From assembly GCA_030324005.1 (NCBI GenBank), contig JARDVH010000042.1, forward strand, positions 64,550,759-64,614,758: 64,000 nucleotides of DNA, read 5' to 3'. A program made the position numbers and the translations under genes. The stretch comes from Negaprion brevirostris. Lineage: Eukaryota. Positions 26,412 to 39,240 of the stretch are shown piece by piece (the first letter of the stretch is position 1; every line of letters starts with the position of its first letter). Under the pieces are notes generated by a model. It worked only from the letters and a program-made list of their open reading frames with translations, was not told the DNA's origin and ran no database searches.

Positions 26412-27327
26412 AAGGAGTCAACTGCTCTTAAAAAAGTCACTGCTTACCAGTTAAAGGATATGATTTTATTTATGCATGGAACATATCAAATTTCAGGCAA
26501 AGAAAACATCCATACTTTTCCATGTTGGCATCCACATGGATAGCAAAACTTGTAACCTGAGTGCTAGATACTTTTCAGAGCTGTAAGTACATTTTGTGGA
26601 GCTGGCAGAGAGATCCTTAAGCAGTTGTAAGTCCTTTTATCAGCATATGCAAGGGACCTAATATCAGTTGAAGGTGGCCACACAGAATACTGATAACTAT
26701 CCTGGGCCAATATGTAATCTATATTCTACTCCCATAGCCGTGAATGTTTATTTCCTTCAATTTTCCATGTGAAAATAATAATTGTCTCTGCTTTATAACC
26801 CTTGTGGGCAAGTTCCAGCTCATGGACACTCGCTGTGTACAAAAGTTTTTCCTCACATTTCACCCCATCCCCCCACCCCTACCGCACCTCTTTCTATTTA
26901 TATCTTGATAACATTTTCTTGGATGCCCTTTTCTGTTCACTGCCATTCTATTCTCATACTTCTCTTTACGAATCTTACTTTTCTCTTTGTTTTCCATCTC
27001 AACCTATTGTATTTGACCACTGAGAGAAGTTAACAGTAAACTTGTACAATTTACCAATTCCCTTACATGTGGTAGGCAAGCTGGCAGCATGAAACACACT
27101 GGCCATAGGTAGTTTGCCAATTTACAGGTAAAAAATCAGATTGTGCAGTTGTTTATTGAGAGCCTGCAGCAGCAATTTAAATGGGATGAGTAAGAAGCAA
27201 CTTTGAAGCAGTAGGCAACATGAATTCAGCTCCTACAGTTACTTTAATGGTAAAAGGACACTATCCATTGCAAAATGAATATCCCACATGTTCTTGTGAG
27301 ATTTATTTCAGAGGAAGTAGAAAGAAA

Positions 27328-27627
27328 AAAGAAAGACTTGCATTTATATAATGCTTTTCACAACCATCAGCCATATCACAAAGCACAAGCAGCAAACTGT
27401 GGATGGTGGAATCTGGAACAAACACAGAAAATGCTGGAAAATTGTGCCAACATTTGGAATCAGGATGACTCTTTGTCAGAGCTCTACGAAGGGTAATCCT
27501 GACTTGAATTATAATAAAGCACTTTGCTTCGAATGAATTACTTTTGGAGAGTAGTATTTGCTGAAATGTAGGAGGCATAGCAGTCAATATAGGTACAGCA
27601 AGCTCCCACAAACAGCAATGTGATAAT
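27328..27627 (-). mobile_element. Deu-domain SINE (SacSINE1/AmnSINE1-like), truncated by a gap, with an inserted Penelope-type fragment
   Basis: Reverse complement reads attatcacattgctgtttgtgggagcttgctgt (Deu domain) and ends tatataaatgcaagtctttc. Confidence 0.75.
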
Positions 27628-28239
27628 NNNNNNNNNNNNNNNNNNNNNNNNNNNNNNNNNNNNNNNNNNNNNNNNNNNNNNNNNNNNNNNNNNNNNNNNN
27701 NNNNNNNNNNNNNNNNNNNNNNNNNNNNNNNNNNNNNNNNNNNNNNNNNNNNNNNNNNNNNNNNNNNNNNNNNNNNAAATATGACTTCACCTGTGTGACC
27801 TGTGTTTCGTTGTGTGGTTGGAATCTAAATGGGGATTTAGGGAAACGTCTGTTCTCCCAAAATATGCTGCTTGAGTCTCTATTTTCTCAAAACCATTACT
27901 TTTTACTTACAGTGAATATTTACACATTTGGACTTTTACACGAGGCTGGAACATCCCCTCTTACCAGATCTCTCTTGCTTCTCAGTCAAGTGATCTGACA
28001 TTGTTATTACATTACCATCATGTATGATTCTGATGTTAACATTTATTCTACATATCCCCCTACATCCTTATCGCTATCAAAATTTATATCCTCCAACATC
28101 TTCCCTCAAAGTCTCAGGCTTCACAGCGTTAGTGTCTGAGATTCTTAATCTCCCTGATCTCCTTTCAAAGTCTAGGATATTCTGTATCCTCTGCCAGTGC
28201 GAGTTTTCTTCTCTGTAGAACTTTATGGTGGAACGTGGG

Positions 28240-29595
28240 GTGGGGATTCTCCAGGCCCATTACCCCACTCATGATGACCTGGAGAATCAGGAGACGGCAG
28301 GAAAACAGGTTTTGCACTGAATGCCAAACCCACTGAGACCCTCCCAGTCCAAACTACTGGCCCCAATCTTTGAAGTGGTTTGCAAAAGAAAAAGTGAAAC
28401 CATTGGCTGTCAATTAGGATTAGACTCTGTCTACACTACGGTCAGGTTCAATGGAGTGCTTGCAGTGCAATCAATTGTAAAGGGAAATTAGAATAAACAC
28501 AGGGGGCTGGAGGAGTATAAAAATCCACAGAAATGACAGTTGAATCTTTTAGGAGGCACTATATCTTGAATTTGTTACAGCTTAAGGTTTAAAGTCCAAT
28601 GGAGAAGGTTTCAACAATTTTTGTTTGCAGAGAAGCCTCAACAACTTCAAACCAAAGCCATGTGCATATATTAGGGCTGAGCACACAGCACTGCAGACTG
28701 GAAAAACCCACCTCCACCCAGTGAAATTGACATCTCCTCTCTGTCAGAGGACTTCAAAGGGATCTGCTCTCACCTGCAACTTCTGACAGGGAGAAAGAAA
28801 AATCTCTGCGGCACAATGGAGTGCTGCAATGACTTAAAATCTTGCCAGGTGTCCAGTGGGGCATAAAGATAAAAGCGACCTGGCCACTTCAGAATTTGCA
28901 CAGATGACAGTCAGCAACGCAGATATTGATCACAGGGCTGCCCAATATCATCATGCCAGGGGTAATCTTCTAGATCTGTCAGGGCTAGAAGGAGCAGTCC
29001 AGCCACAATACCCCCATCCTGGTGGAGAGCGATAAGGTCAACACCTTACCCTAGCCCAAGTCCACCCAAACACCCAGAATCCTTGAGGGACCTGTCCTCT
29101 GCAGCCTGGATGCAGCAGAGAGGCAAATGGCCACTGGGCCTACTACCGCGAGCCTCCTCGAGTCTATGGTGCAAAGCCTGGGTGTCAGTGCTAGGGGCCA
29201 GTGCACCATTGGCACTGCCAAAGCACATAGCTGAGTGGGGGTCCTGAAGGGTGAGGGTCCCTGAGTAGAAGAGTCTGAGGGGATGATGGCCCATGTGGGG
29301 TACTGTGTCACCTTCATGTCAGAGTGGTGTGAATGGGAGGTTAGCCATTATTTGTGGGTGGGGGGAGGATGCCTCACTTTGGTGAGGGGTTGGTGGTGCT
29401 ACCCTTGTCAGTGTGGGAGGGAAACCTGTTTCTGAGCACAGAGTTTGGTTTGCCATTTAAAAATGTTGACCCAGTCTCAGAACTGGCCAGTGGGTTGCCT
29501 GATATGAATAAATTAGCACCTATCAGGTAGGAGAATCCTCCAGGTTTCCCACCGGTGTGGACACTTAATACCAGTTTGGGAGCATCACAGCCTTA
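28240..29595. mobile_element. Probable non-autonomous Harbinger-type element
   Basis: Begins ggggattctccagg and ends gtttgggagcatcacagcc; GC-richer interior similar to other Harbinger-type copies here. Confidence 0.4.
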
Positions 29596-30009
29596 ATGTT
29601 TCTTCTTCTTCATCAGGATCTGAGTAGCAAATCTAAGTTACTTTGGCTTTCTTTCAAGGATATTAAGGCACTTTAGTTTCTCCTTATGGTACCCTGGTCT
29701 GTCTGAATCCAGTATAACCTTGGTTACGGAGCTTTTGTCAATGATTGTACCTTTCTTCTGTTGGTCTTGGACCCATACACTCTCCACGGGCTTCAGCGCT
29801 GGCAATTCACATACTATATGCCTGGAGTAATGTTCCAAGTCTGGTTGCTTGTCTGTTTTTCCTCATGCTGTTTTATCCTCTCATGGTTGTTCATGTGATA
29901 TTGGGTTTGGGTTTTCAAGCTAGAGTTAGAAGCTGTGATCTCAATTTCCTTCTCATTAGTAACTCTGATAATGAGAAGCCATTTTGTAAAGGTGAGGTTT
30001 AATACCTAT

Positions 30010-30515
30010 TGTGGCATGACGGCACAGTAGTTAGCACTGCTGCCTCACAGCACCAGCGATCCAGGTTTGATTCCCGACTTGGGTCTCTGTCTGTGTGGAG
30101 TCTGCACGTTCTCCCCATGTCTGCGTGGGTTTTCTCCAGGTGCTTCGGTTTCCTCCCACCGTCTGAAAGACATGTTGGTTAGGTGCATTAACCCAAATAG
30201 GCGCCTGAGTGTGGCGACTTGGGGAATTTTACAGTTACTTCATGGTGGTGTTCATGTAATCCTTACTNNNNNNNNNNNNNNNNNNNNNNNNNNNNNNNNN
30301 NNNNNNNNNNNNNNNNNNNNNNNNNNNNNNNNNNNNNNNNNNNNNNNNNNNNNNNNNNNNNNNNNNNCAGGTGCTTCGGTTTCCTCCCACCGTCTGAAAG
30401 ACATGTTGGTTAGGTGCATTAACCCAAAAAGGCGCCTGAGTGTGGCGACTGGGGGAATTTTACAGTTACTTCATGGTGGTGTTCATGTAATCCTTACTTG
30501 TGACTAATAAGTGAA
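30010..30515 (+). mobile_element. tRNA-head SINE with alternative tail, partly duplicated across a 100-N gap
   Basis: Head ggcacagtagttagcactgctgcctcacagc; tail gtggcgactgggggaattttacagttacttcat..ccttacttgtgactaataa. Confidence 0.85.
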
Positions 30516-30619
30516 CTTACTGAACTCAGAACAGCTAGATTAAGGTCTTTGTTCTTCTTCAATACACCTTGCATGGCTTGTGTCCATTTCTCAGCTTTTC
30601 CATTTGCTTAAGGATAGTG

Positions 30620-30910
30620 AAGTGAACCCTTGCACTTAAAGGGGGCATGGGTTTAAGGTGTGAGGGGCAAGGTTTAAAGGAGATGTACGAGGCATATTTT
30701 TTACACAGAGGGTGGTGGGTGCCTGGGACTCACTGCCAGGGGAGGTAGTGGAAGTGGATACGATAATGATTTTTAAAGGGAGTATTGACAATACATGAAT
30801 AGGATGGGGAATAGAGGGATATGGTCCCGGGAAGGACTGGGGATTTTAGTTAAGTCAGGTGTAGGCTTAGAGGGCTGAAGGATCTGTTCCTGTCTGTAAT
30901 TTTCTTCGTT
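30620..30910 (+). mobile_element. CR1 LINE 3' end
   Basis: ttttacacagagggtggtgggtgcctgg (FTQRVVGAW) followed by a CR1 3' UTR and a short tandem tail. Confidence 0.8.
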
Positions 30911-31239
30911 CTTTGTTCTTTATTTTCTTTGATTATATGAACAAAGCCATATTCATTTGCAAAATTGTGGAATAGCTCATTAGCAATTTGCAGCCCACTG
31001 TCAAGTACTATGACTTCCAGGGTGCCATGTGTTACATAAATTCTGTTGTGGGATTGGATGACAGCTTCTACTGTGGGACTATGCAATTTGTTTATTTAAT
31101 TCACCATGAATAATAACCAATGATAATAAGGAATGTTTTCTATCTGAATTCAAATAAATCCATTCCGATGCCTTAATGGAAAAGTGAAAGGTAATAAAGG
31201 TTCCTTTAGTTTTAGGCTGTTGATGACACAAGAATCATT

Positions 31240-31578
31240 GAATAGAATCATAGAATTTCTACCGTGCAGAAGAAGGACATGCGGCCCATCGAATCTGCAC
31301 TGACTCTCTGATAGAGCATCTTATCCAGGCCTACCCCATCCCTATAGCCCTATGCATACCCCAAATATATATATCTTGGGATACTAAGGGACAATTTAGC
31401 ATGGCCAGTCCACCTAATCTGCACATCATTGAACTGTCGGAGGAAACTAGAGGAAACCCACACAGACATGGGGAGAATGTGCAAATTTCACACAGACTGT
31501 CACCCAAGACCAGAATTGAACCCAGGTTTCTGGTGCTGTGAGGCAGCAGTGCTAACCACAGTGACACCATGCTGCCCC
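31240..31578 (-). mobile_element. HE1-type SINE
   Basis: Reverse complement of head (tgaggcagcagtgctaaccacagtgacaccatgctgccc) and CR1-type tail (tagaatcatagaatttctaccgtgcagaagaagg). Confidence 0.9.
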
Positions 31579-32660
31579 CAGTAAGACCATTAGAAATCCT
31601 TTTGCCTATGAAGTGAGTAATGCCTGGTTAGCAGACCATTTGCTGACATTTTGTTTTCCCTAGATGACTTTGGTGATATCTTTGAAGAATATCAAGCTAA
31701 AGTGTTCCGAGTACAATTATTCTCGTGCTGAACTCACCTAAGTTGTCAATGATTGTGAGCTGTTCAATGTACTGCTGCAGTATTGGATTAGTGGGGATGT
31801 AGTCCAGCCATCCTTCCAGACAATATTCATTACTTAGAAATGTTCTTGTTGCTGGGTTTGTTTTATTTCCTGCAACATTTTTGCACTAGCTGGGAAGTGT
31901 TCAGTGATTAAAGATGTACATGCTTGGTTGACCATCCTAAGGAAACTTTGAAACTCAATAATGTTCTTGGGCTGTGGAAATTCTCTGATTACTTTTGTTT
32001 TTTTGTGATCAAGTGTGATTCCAGTGGCTTGTATAATGTGCCTTATAAACATGATCATTGGTTTGGCAAACGCATTTTCCATTTAATGCTAGGCTTGCAT
32101 CCTGTAAGGCTCTCAGAACTGCACTGACTCTGTGGTCATGCTCTTCTTTCATGGAACTATGCATAAGTATGTTGCCCATATGGTATATTTCTCCTTCCGT
32201 GCTCCAGAGCGAGAGACATTATTCTCTGGAAAATTCTTGGCATGGACATAATTCCAAATGGTGGAAGTATTCCTAGTGAAACAATAATGATTGAATTGCA
32301 TTATAAATGTGGTTAGAAATCTGGATTTTTGTCCAAAGGCAACTGCCAAACATTTGCATCCAATTTGGTCAATAAAGCATTCTTGGCTAGTTTGACAAGA
32401 ATCACATCCATTAAGGCTATCTTATGTTCCATCAGTTTGTTTAGTTGGGTGAAATTCATGCTGATTCGTAAAGAATCATTTTGCTTTGGGACCTTGACCA
32501 TTCCTGAACACCATTTTGTCGGCATGATGACTTGTGAGATAACCTCTTGTCGTTGCATCTTTTTTAATTTTACCCTTGACATTGTCCAAGAGTGGGACTT
32601 TCCTTCATGTAAAGAGGCAAATTGGCTTAATGTTATCTAATTCTGGTGCTATGGTACTAT

Positions 32661-32832
32661 GCACAGGATTTTCCAGTCCTCCCACTGCTACATGTTTTCT
32701 GGCAGCACAGGCCATTTGCCACCGGGGGAATCTTCCCATTCCGCCGATGAATACAACATTTTGTGTAGCTTGTATATCCTGCAACCAGGGAACCGACCAT
32801 GAGGGTCATCTTCAGTGGGACCAGAAGATCCT
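32661..32832. mobile_element. MITE inserted in Gypsy pol
   Basis: caggattttccagtcc ... gggaccagaagatcct inverted termini interrupt the RT/protease linker. Confidence 0.65.
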
Positions 32833-33929
32833 ATTAGTAGGAAGGACACCCTAAGTAAACAATTCTGGAAATTTATATCAAAATGTACTGTTTCAGTTCT
32901 CTTCAACAACTTTATTCACTTTATAGATTAATTTCAGTTTTAGACATACATTTCTGCCCGGTGGAGGTGATTTTGAATGACATTGAGGTTTGACGACTTT
33001 ATATTTTATATTTCAACTCAGCAATGACCTGGCCTTTGACATTTAAAGTTATCCCACTACACCCCTCTAATTTAATAATGTAACCTTTTTGAACCATTTG
33101 ACTTCATCTGTTAGAACAGAAACCCCTGCTCCTGTGTTTAGTTTAAACTCTGCGGATGTCCAGTCACTTAAAGTTTAATACTCCAATAGTTTCCTCGAGT
33201 GTCATTTACCTGCCCAGGAAGGTTAATCTTTTTTGTTTGTGATTCTTGCACTTCTTGTGGCTCTGTTTTAAAATGTCTCCCATCTTTTTACAGTTTGTCA
33301 GTGTTCCTGAGTGACTACCAATTTTGAAATGACTTACTTTTCCACAGTTGTGGGACTCTGCCCTCCTTGCCAGACAATCTTCTCATAACCATGGTTTGTT
33401 CCCGCCACACCCAAGGCAAAGTGGCAGGTGGCTCACTTTTCCCCATTTTGACATGCTTAGGCTTTGAGCATTTTCAGACTGAATGGTCTCACTTGATCTG
33501 TGGGCCCTCTCCTTCACCATGAACAAATGCTCGGTTCTGTTTTCTGATTTCTGTTTAGCTCACAATCTGCACTGTTTTTACTAATGTTAAATCTTTTTTT
33601 TTCTGTAGGAGATTTAATAATACTTCACCTAGGACTCAACTATGATTCTATCATCAATCAGCTCATCATCTATAGTTTTATAATCACACTTGCCTGCCAA
33701 CCAATATAGATCATTGATGAATGAATCCATGCTTTCACCTGGTTGTTGTTTTCTTTTATTACATTTAGCCCTCTCTATTATTAAATTCTGAAGAAGGACT
33801 TCTTCATAAGAAGTTGAAATCTCAACTACCTCCTACCTTCTTTCCACATTATCAGTGATAGATCCTACTGCATAAAATAGTGTACAGACCTGGTTTTTCT
33901 AATACTTTTTGCATAATTCTGAAGTGGTT

Positions 33930-34510
33930 CTGTAACTTGTACTTTAGGACTATGCTCACTGCTGCCTAGTCTCTGATTCTGTGTCTCTGCTTGCATTTGC
34001 AGTTCCCATGATGTTCCAACTTTTTGCTATTTGATTCTGGATGCAAACTTGTTGTCCCAAACTTGGCTGTTCTATACCTGTATTTTATCATGCACTTTGA
34101 TCATCTTCTCTTGTAGTTTTAAAAGTTGCTGTCTAGTTTCTGAGAGTGTAGAATGGGTAAGAAGATGTAGATTGGAGTGGACTGGTCTGTCAAACATGAG
34201 CTCTGCCAGTGATAGAATAGTTGCACTTAAAGGTGTTGCTCTCAGATGTAACATGTGTTGATCCTTTTTTGACCATCTACATTTAAGAATTCAGGATTTC
34301 ATCATGCAAACTGTTTATTTAACCAGGCAGTTAGACATAGGGTAATGAGGAGAAGTAGTACAATCGATATCTCACTTCTTACACAAAGCCTGAAATGGCT
34401 TACCAAGAAATTGCAGACCATTATCCATAATGATCGCCCTAGGCAAACCAAATAAACTGAAAATAGCACTTGGTGTATGTGTGTAACAGCTATGTTTGAC
34501 ATGTTACGCA
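33930..34510 (-). mobile_element. Second Gypsy integrase fragment
   Basis: SAIFSLFGLPRAIIMDNGLQFLGKPFQALCKK*DIDCTTSPHYPMSN and LHLRATPLSATILSLAELMFDRPVHSNL match the integrase core and C-terminus. Confidence 0.8.
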
Positions 34511-34589
34511 ATAGTCAACTACCTCTACCCTTCTCTGTCTGGGTAAACCTATTCCCTCATTAAACAGTTTCTCTCAACTCATTTTTTAA

Positions 34590-34866
34590 GTTTATTTATA
34601 ATCACAAGTAAGGCTTACATTAACACTGCATTGAAGTGACTGTGAAATTCCCCTAGTCGCCACTGTCCAGCGCCTGTTCGGGTCAATGCACCTAACCAGC
34701 ATGTCTTCCCAAATGTGTGAGGAAACCAGAGCACCCAGAGAAAACCCACAAAGACATGGGGAGAACATGCAAACTCCACACAGACAGTAACCCAAGCCAG
34801 GAATCAAATCTTGGTCGCTGATGCTGTGAAGCAGCAATGCTAACCACTGTGCGACCATGCCACCCA
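34590..34866 (-). mobile_element. tRNA-head SINE with alternative tail
   Basis: Reverse-complement copy of the 23643/30010 subfamily (tcacaagtaaggcttacattaacactgcattgaagtgactgtgaaattcccctagtcgccac). Confidence 0.85.
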
Positions 34867-35372
34867 TCTCACTTCCTCCAAACAAAAGGTGTTGCTGTGG
34901 ATACCTACCTGGGTCCTAGTGATGTCTTCTTTTTTGGAGTTTAAGTGGAGCATTTCCTGTTTCAGTCTTATTCAGACCCATTGAGAATGCTCCACCGTTC
35001 AATCATTGCTGATATTTTTCTCATCCCCATTCTTCTGCCTTTTCCCCATAATCATTGATCCCCGTATTAATCAAAAACCTATCTATCTCTGTCTTAAAGA
35101 CGCATGGGAGGAGGTGCACTACTGGCAGACTGGAGAATCCTGCTGCCGTGAAGGCCAGAGAATTCCAGCCTCCATCTCCCTCTCCACAGATGCTACCAGA
35201 TCTTCTGAATGTTTCCAACATTTTGAGCTTTTATTTCATTTTAAGTTTTTTTGTGTTATGTTTGATTAAAAAAGGTTGTCTGAAAAGCTACCATTTCCTT
35301 TCTTTGTAAAAACTGTTGTGTTGTACATTAAACTAAATTATTTAGAGTCTGAAAACAAATGCAGTATCTTAC

Positions 35373-35394
35373 TTGAATCTTCATCTTTCATATC
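35373..35394 (-). CDS. Candidate 22-nt micro-exon of an unidentified gene (DMKDEDS + 1 nt)
   Basis: On the minus strand a ~20-nt uninterrupted polypyrimidine tract ends in CAG, then GATATGAAAGATGAAGATTCAA|GTAAGA; only one frame is open. Confidence 0.45.
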
Positions 35395-36649
35395 CTGAAA
35401 AAAAGAGAAAAAAGAAATCCTATATTGTTCACAGCTTACAAAACAGTCAAATTGGTACAAGGGATGTTTTCAACGTTCTTTCAACATGCAACATGGTAAT
35501 CTCTAGAATACCATTTATATCTTAAAATTGTGCCAATGATGTTTGAAACAGGGCATGACGTTTTAATATTCCTGCATGATTTCATCAGATAATTAGAAAA
35601 ATATATATGGCATGCTGATGATTTCATCTTAGATTACAGAAGAAAAACAAATAACATTGCATTGTTTAAGGATGATTCTTCATTCTTCGTTGGATCACTG
35701 GTGCATGATGTTTGTGCACCAGTGAGTATGAAGTAGGTTCGGACTAGTGAATCCCCACATTGTGTGTTTTCAGTCACCCAGACAATTCAGGGAGTGCATC
35801 CAGATACTTTCCTATAAGAACAAAAATTTGACTACAAATTAGTCTGTACCATTTCTCATTCATCTTCTGATGTGCAATTAGTAGATGTGTAGTAACATCT
35901 TGGCTATCCACCTCTTTAAGCGGAGAAAGGTGCATGGCATGGGAGAAATCTTAAGGGGGAGACAACAAAATAAATAATGGAAAAAGAAATCGAGTTACCA
36001 AAAAGGGTGCAGCGATGTGAAGTATGATCTCTGCATACTACACTGCTATAATGTTCAAATCAACCTTACACTAAAAAAGGTGAGTGCCCTAATTAAGTTG
36101 CAAAATGGGATGTAGATCTAATTAAGTGAGCAGAAATAACAAAAAGAAACACTGCTTTAATACTTAAAACCCCAGGAGACTTCATATACTGCCCTATTGT
36201 TTGCAAACTTGACAGACACAATATATGATAAATGATAATGAACTACAGTAGCAAGCACTGAGCTGTTAATTAGTATTATAGCTTCAATGCAGTTTTGTCT
36301 TCTACATCTACTGCAGTGAATTTAGACCCTCTAATGTAGTCACTGCTGAGTAAAAGTGTTGTCAATGCAATTTGCTTATGCTTAACCCTCAACTCAAGAG
36401 AAACTTTCTTGAAACACACTGGAGATTTCCACAACATGGTGTACATAAATCTCCGTCGAGACTGTGCTAAGCAATTTTAAAAACACAGTTTATGAACTTT
36501 TGAATTATATTTGCACTAATAGTCATGATGAGAAGATTTGGCCATAATCCTCTGGGCATCAATTGGGTGGAAGTAATATCCACATAAAATGAACACTGGA
36601 TCATCCACCTTGAGTACAAAAAAAGTTTGCTTATGTAGGTATTCGTATG

Positions 36650-36905
36650 GATTCTCTATATAAAGTGATCAACTGATTATCCTTATGAAACAATCAGTGG
36701 ATTTTCCATATGATGTGTTCAGTAAATTTTCCATGTAAATTGAACAATGGATTGTGTGGACAAAGTGATCAAGGGATCATCCATGTAAAGTGATCAATGG
36801 AATGAGTATAATGATCATTGAATTGTCCATGTAACTGAATCAGTAGGTTGTCCATGTTATGTGAACAACAGATGTAGCATTGTTCAGTTTACATGGACAA
36901 TCGTT
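36650..36905. repeat. Degenerate 25-bp minisatellite with a terminal inverted unit
   Basis: Units start at 36680, 36705, 36730, 36755 and 36780 (consensus ~tccatgtaaagtgatcaatggattg); inverted copy at 36878-36902. Confidence 0.75.
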
Positions 36906-38339
36906 TAACCAGTTTACAGTAATCTGCTGTTTTTGACTAGGCTCTATTAAATACACTGTTAAACAAAATAATCTGAATCAAGTAACAACTTTCATTTCAG
37001 TTCTTCACAAGTAATCAAGAATATTGCATTAGTTATTGTTTTTACCTTCCCACATTTTTCTTTCCCTTTGGGAAACTATAGGAAAGTGTTGGAAGGGGTC
37101 AATGTAGATCCGATGGGCCAAATGGCTTCCCCCTGCAATGTAAAGATTCAATTATTCTATGATAAGCAGGCTGGTAATCAACCTGTTGAACTGTGCCCTT
37201 CTGTGGAATGAACCCAGAGCTTCTGGCTCAAGCAGGGTCACTGCCTGTGGAGCTGCAAGATCTCCATACATTCATACATTAGCCATAGAATTATACCTTG
37301 GTAATCCCAACATCAAATTCAGAGCTAGAAAAAAAGAGAACATATAGAAATATCAGAAATGGGAGAACAAAGAAGTGACAATTTTAAAACCTTTTATTTC
37401 AAAGAACAGGCAACTTGATTAATTCTTTATCTTGAGTTCTGCCCACTAAAAACAAGTTTTATCAATCAGTAGATAGCTACAGTCAATTAGGACATGCATT
37501 TTTCAATGGGGAAGGCAGCACTTGATAAACATTATTTTCTGTTTAGTTGTGGTTGCAAGACTGACAGTTGCGGATCAGATACTGATTTTACATACGGCCC
37601 AAAGCAGGCAAATTACAAATGCCAGTCCCAAACGGAAAGTGATCGGCAAAGTCAGGAAATGAGAAGGCCAGCATGGGAGGAACAACTGCACATCATCATG
37701 AATAAATAGAGGCACTGCCAAGCAATTGGAATCAACTCTGATCTGACAATTGGAAATGAAGGTATGGAAGGCAATATACAACAATGAATTCACATACACC
37801 TTTTCTTACACCAGGTTTTTATGTATTCTTCAATCTCTCCAGCTATTCGTTTTCACATGATAGATTCACAAAGTACTTGTTTAAGATGGGGCTCGTTGGA
37901 GGATTATGAAATGTCTGCCCCTGCCTACAAAGCATGCAGATTGTCTTTTTGCCATGAAATGGTTTATGAAAATGTTTTGTGAAAACCATAAAACATATGG
38001 GGAAATTTTCTGAAGTCTCTCCCAATTGTGTGGTGAATGGACAGACAGCAGTACAATCCAATGAGTGATTGCCAACACAGAGCATTTTGAATCATTGCTG
38101 TGTATCCTGAAGAAAGTGAAAGCTCAAGGAACATTCATAAACATTTCCTACTTAAAGTGGTATCATCTTTGCTGGTGTATAGGTTTGGTGGCAGGAGTGG
38201 GATTGAGAGTGATTTCTACTTTGGAGCAGGATGGCCGGCCATATGCAATCTTCTACATTCAGCTCCTTGCATGTGCAAGGAGCACACTGAATTTCACAGT
38301 GGGAGTTAGCAGGAATTCGCCATTCTCACTGTTGTCCCG

Positions 38340-39240
38340 TAAGGTTGAAAGTCCCAGTGCCATATAGAAAGAGCACCCAAACAGTCATTCACTCACTGCA
38401 AGCCAGGAGCATCAGTATGGCTGTCATTGCAGAGGAGGAGATCTACTTTGATAACAAAATGTCTCAGAGCAGGCAACTTGTGGCCTAACAGTTCAGTGAA
38501 GCCTCTCTGCATGTTCTCCACCAGGCCATCCGGGAAAGATGTTGCTTCCCAGGGATGGCAACAGGAGGCCCTTCCATCAGACCACATGTGCAGTAAATCG
38601 TACTTTGCACCTACAGGAGTTCTGTGATTGCTGCAAAACCCAATGCTCTGGCTGCCTGGCTCTTGGGATCCAAACAGAAATAGGCAAATTGGCATGTCCT
38701 CCTGAAGACGGCATCTGTAAACTTCCCAATGCACTTGTGGCCTTGAGAGCTCCCTGAAATCAACCAATCACATTCAGCAACTGGAATAATTTCTACTCCT
38801 TGAACATAATCACACAAGATAAATCTTATATTGTGCTTGGTTCCCAGGAACCTCTCACGATGCCTATATTCTGAAGTCCCCCAGTTGCTTCGCTGACAAG
38901 GGATTGGGACATAAGAGAGCATTGTGGAGCCCTGGAAGGAGCCATTGGCAAAGAGGTTCAGGATGGCAGTGACCTTTAATGTCATCAGAATGGAATTGCC
39001 CCCAAGTCCATCAAGGAGAAGCTGGCAGTTGTGAGTAACCACATTCCAGGCAATCAAAAGGTGCCTCCGACATTGCCTTTCATTCAACTGCAGGTGCTGC
39101 ATTGCCTCCAATACACTGAAGTTCAAGCCACTGTCACACTGTCTCCTTGCTGCCAGCATCCTGAGCTTGTTGAGGACCTGCTGCTTCCGGCTGCTCAGGT
39201 GATTCTCCTCCTGGCCCTGGGCTAACCTGCGTCAGTTCCT
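38340..39240 (-). pseudogene. Harbinger transposase remnant
   Basis: LQLNERQCRRHL, LKVTAILNLFANGSFQGS and LRHFVIKVDLLLC..PGLQ follow the Harbinger DDE transposase order; frameshifted. Confidence 0.8.

Larger units (their letters stand above)
29600..33920 (-). mobile_element. Degenerate Ty3/Gypsy (Mag-like) LTR retrotransposon: gag, protease, RT, integrase
   Basis: Gag QQPGESMDSFINDLYWLAGKCDY..ELIDDRII plus Cys/His knuckles; protease EFKLNTGAGVSVL (~33115-33150); RT KWCSGMVKVPKQNDSLRISMNFTQLNK, FLTTFI, HIIQATGI..KTKVIREFPQPKNI; integrase THGTLEVIVLDSGLQIANELFHNFANEYGFVHI; C-terminal ELPALKPVESVWV. Confidence 0.9.

Noticed and set aside
30137-30498. 131-bp direct repeat (2 mismatches) around a spacer
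   Set aside because: The spacer is a 100-N gap; overlapping contig ends or haplotypes, an assembly artefact.
35695-35725. 11-bp perfect hairpin (also a 12-bp hairpin at 7619-7649)
   Set aside because: Stems of this length are roughly expected by chance in 64 kb; no supporting context.
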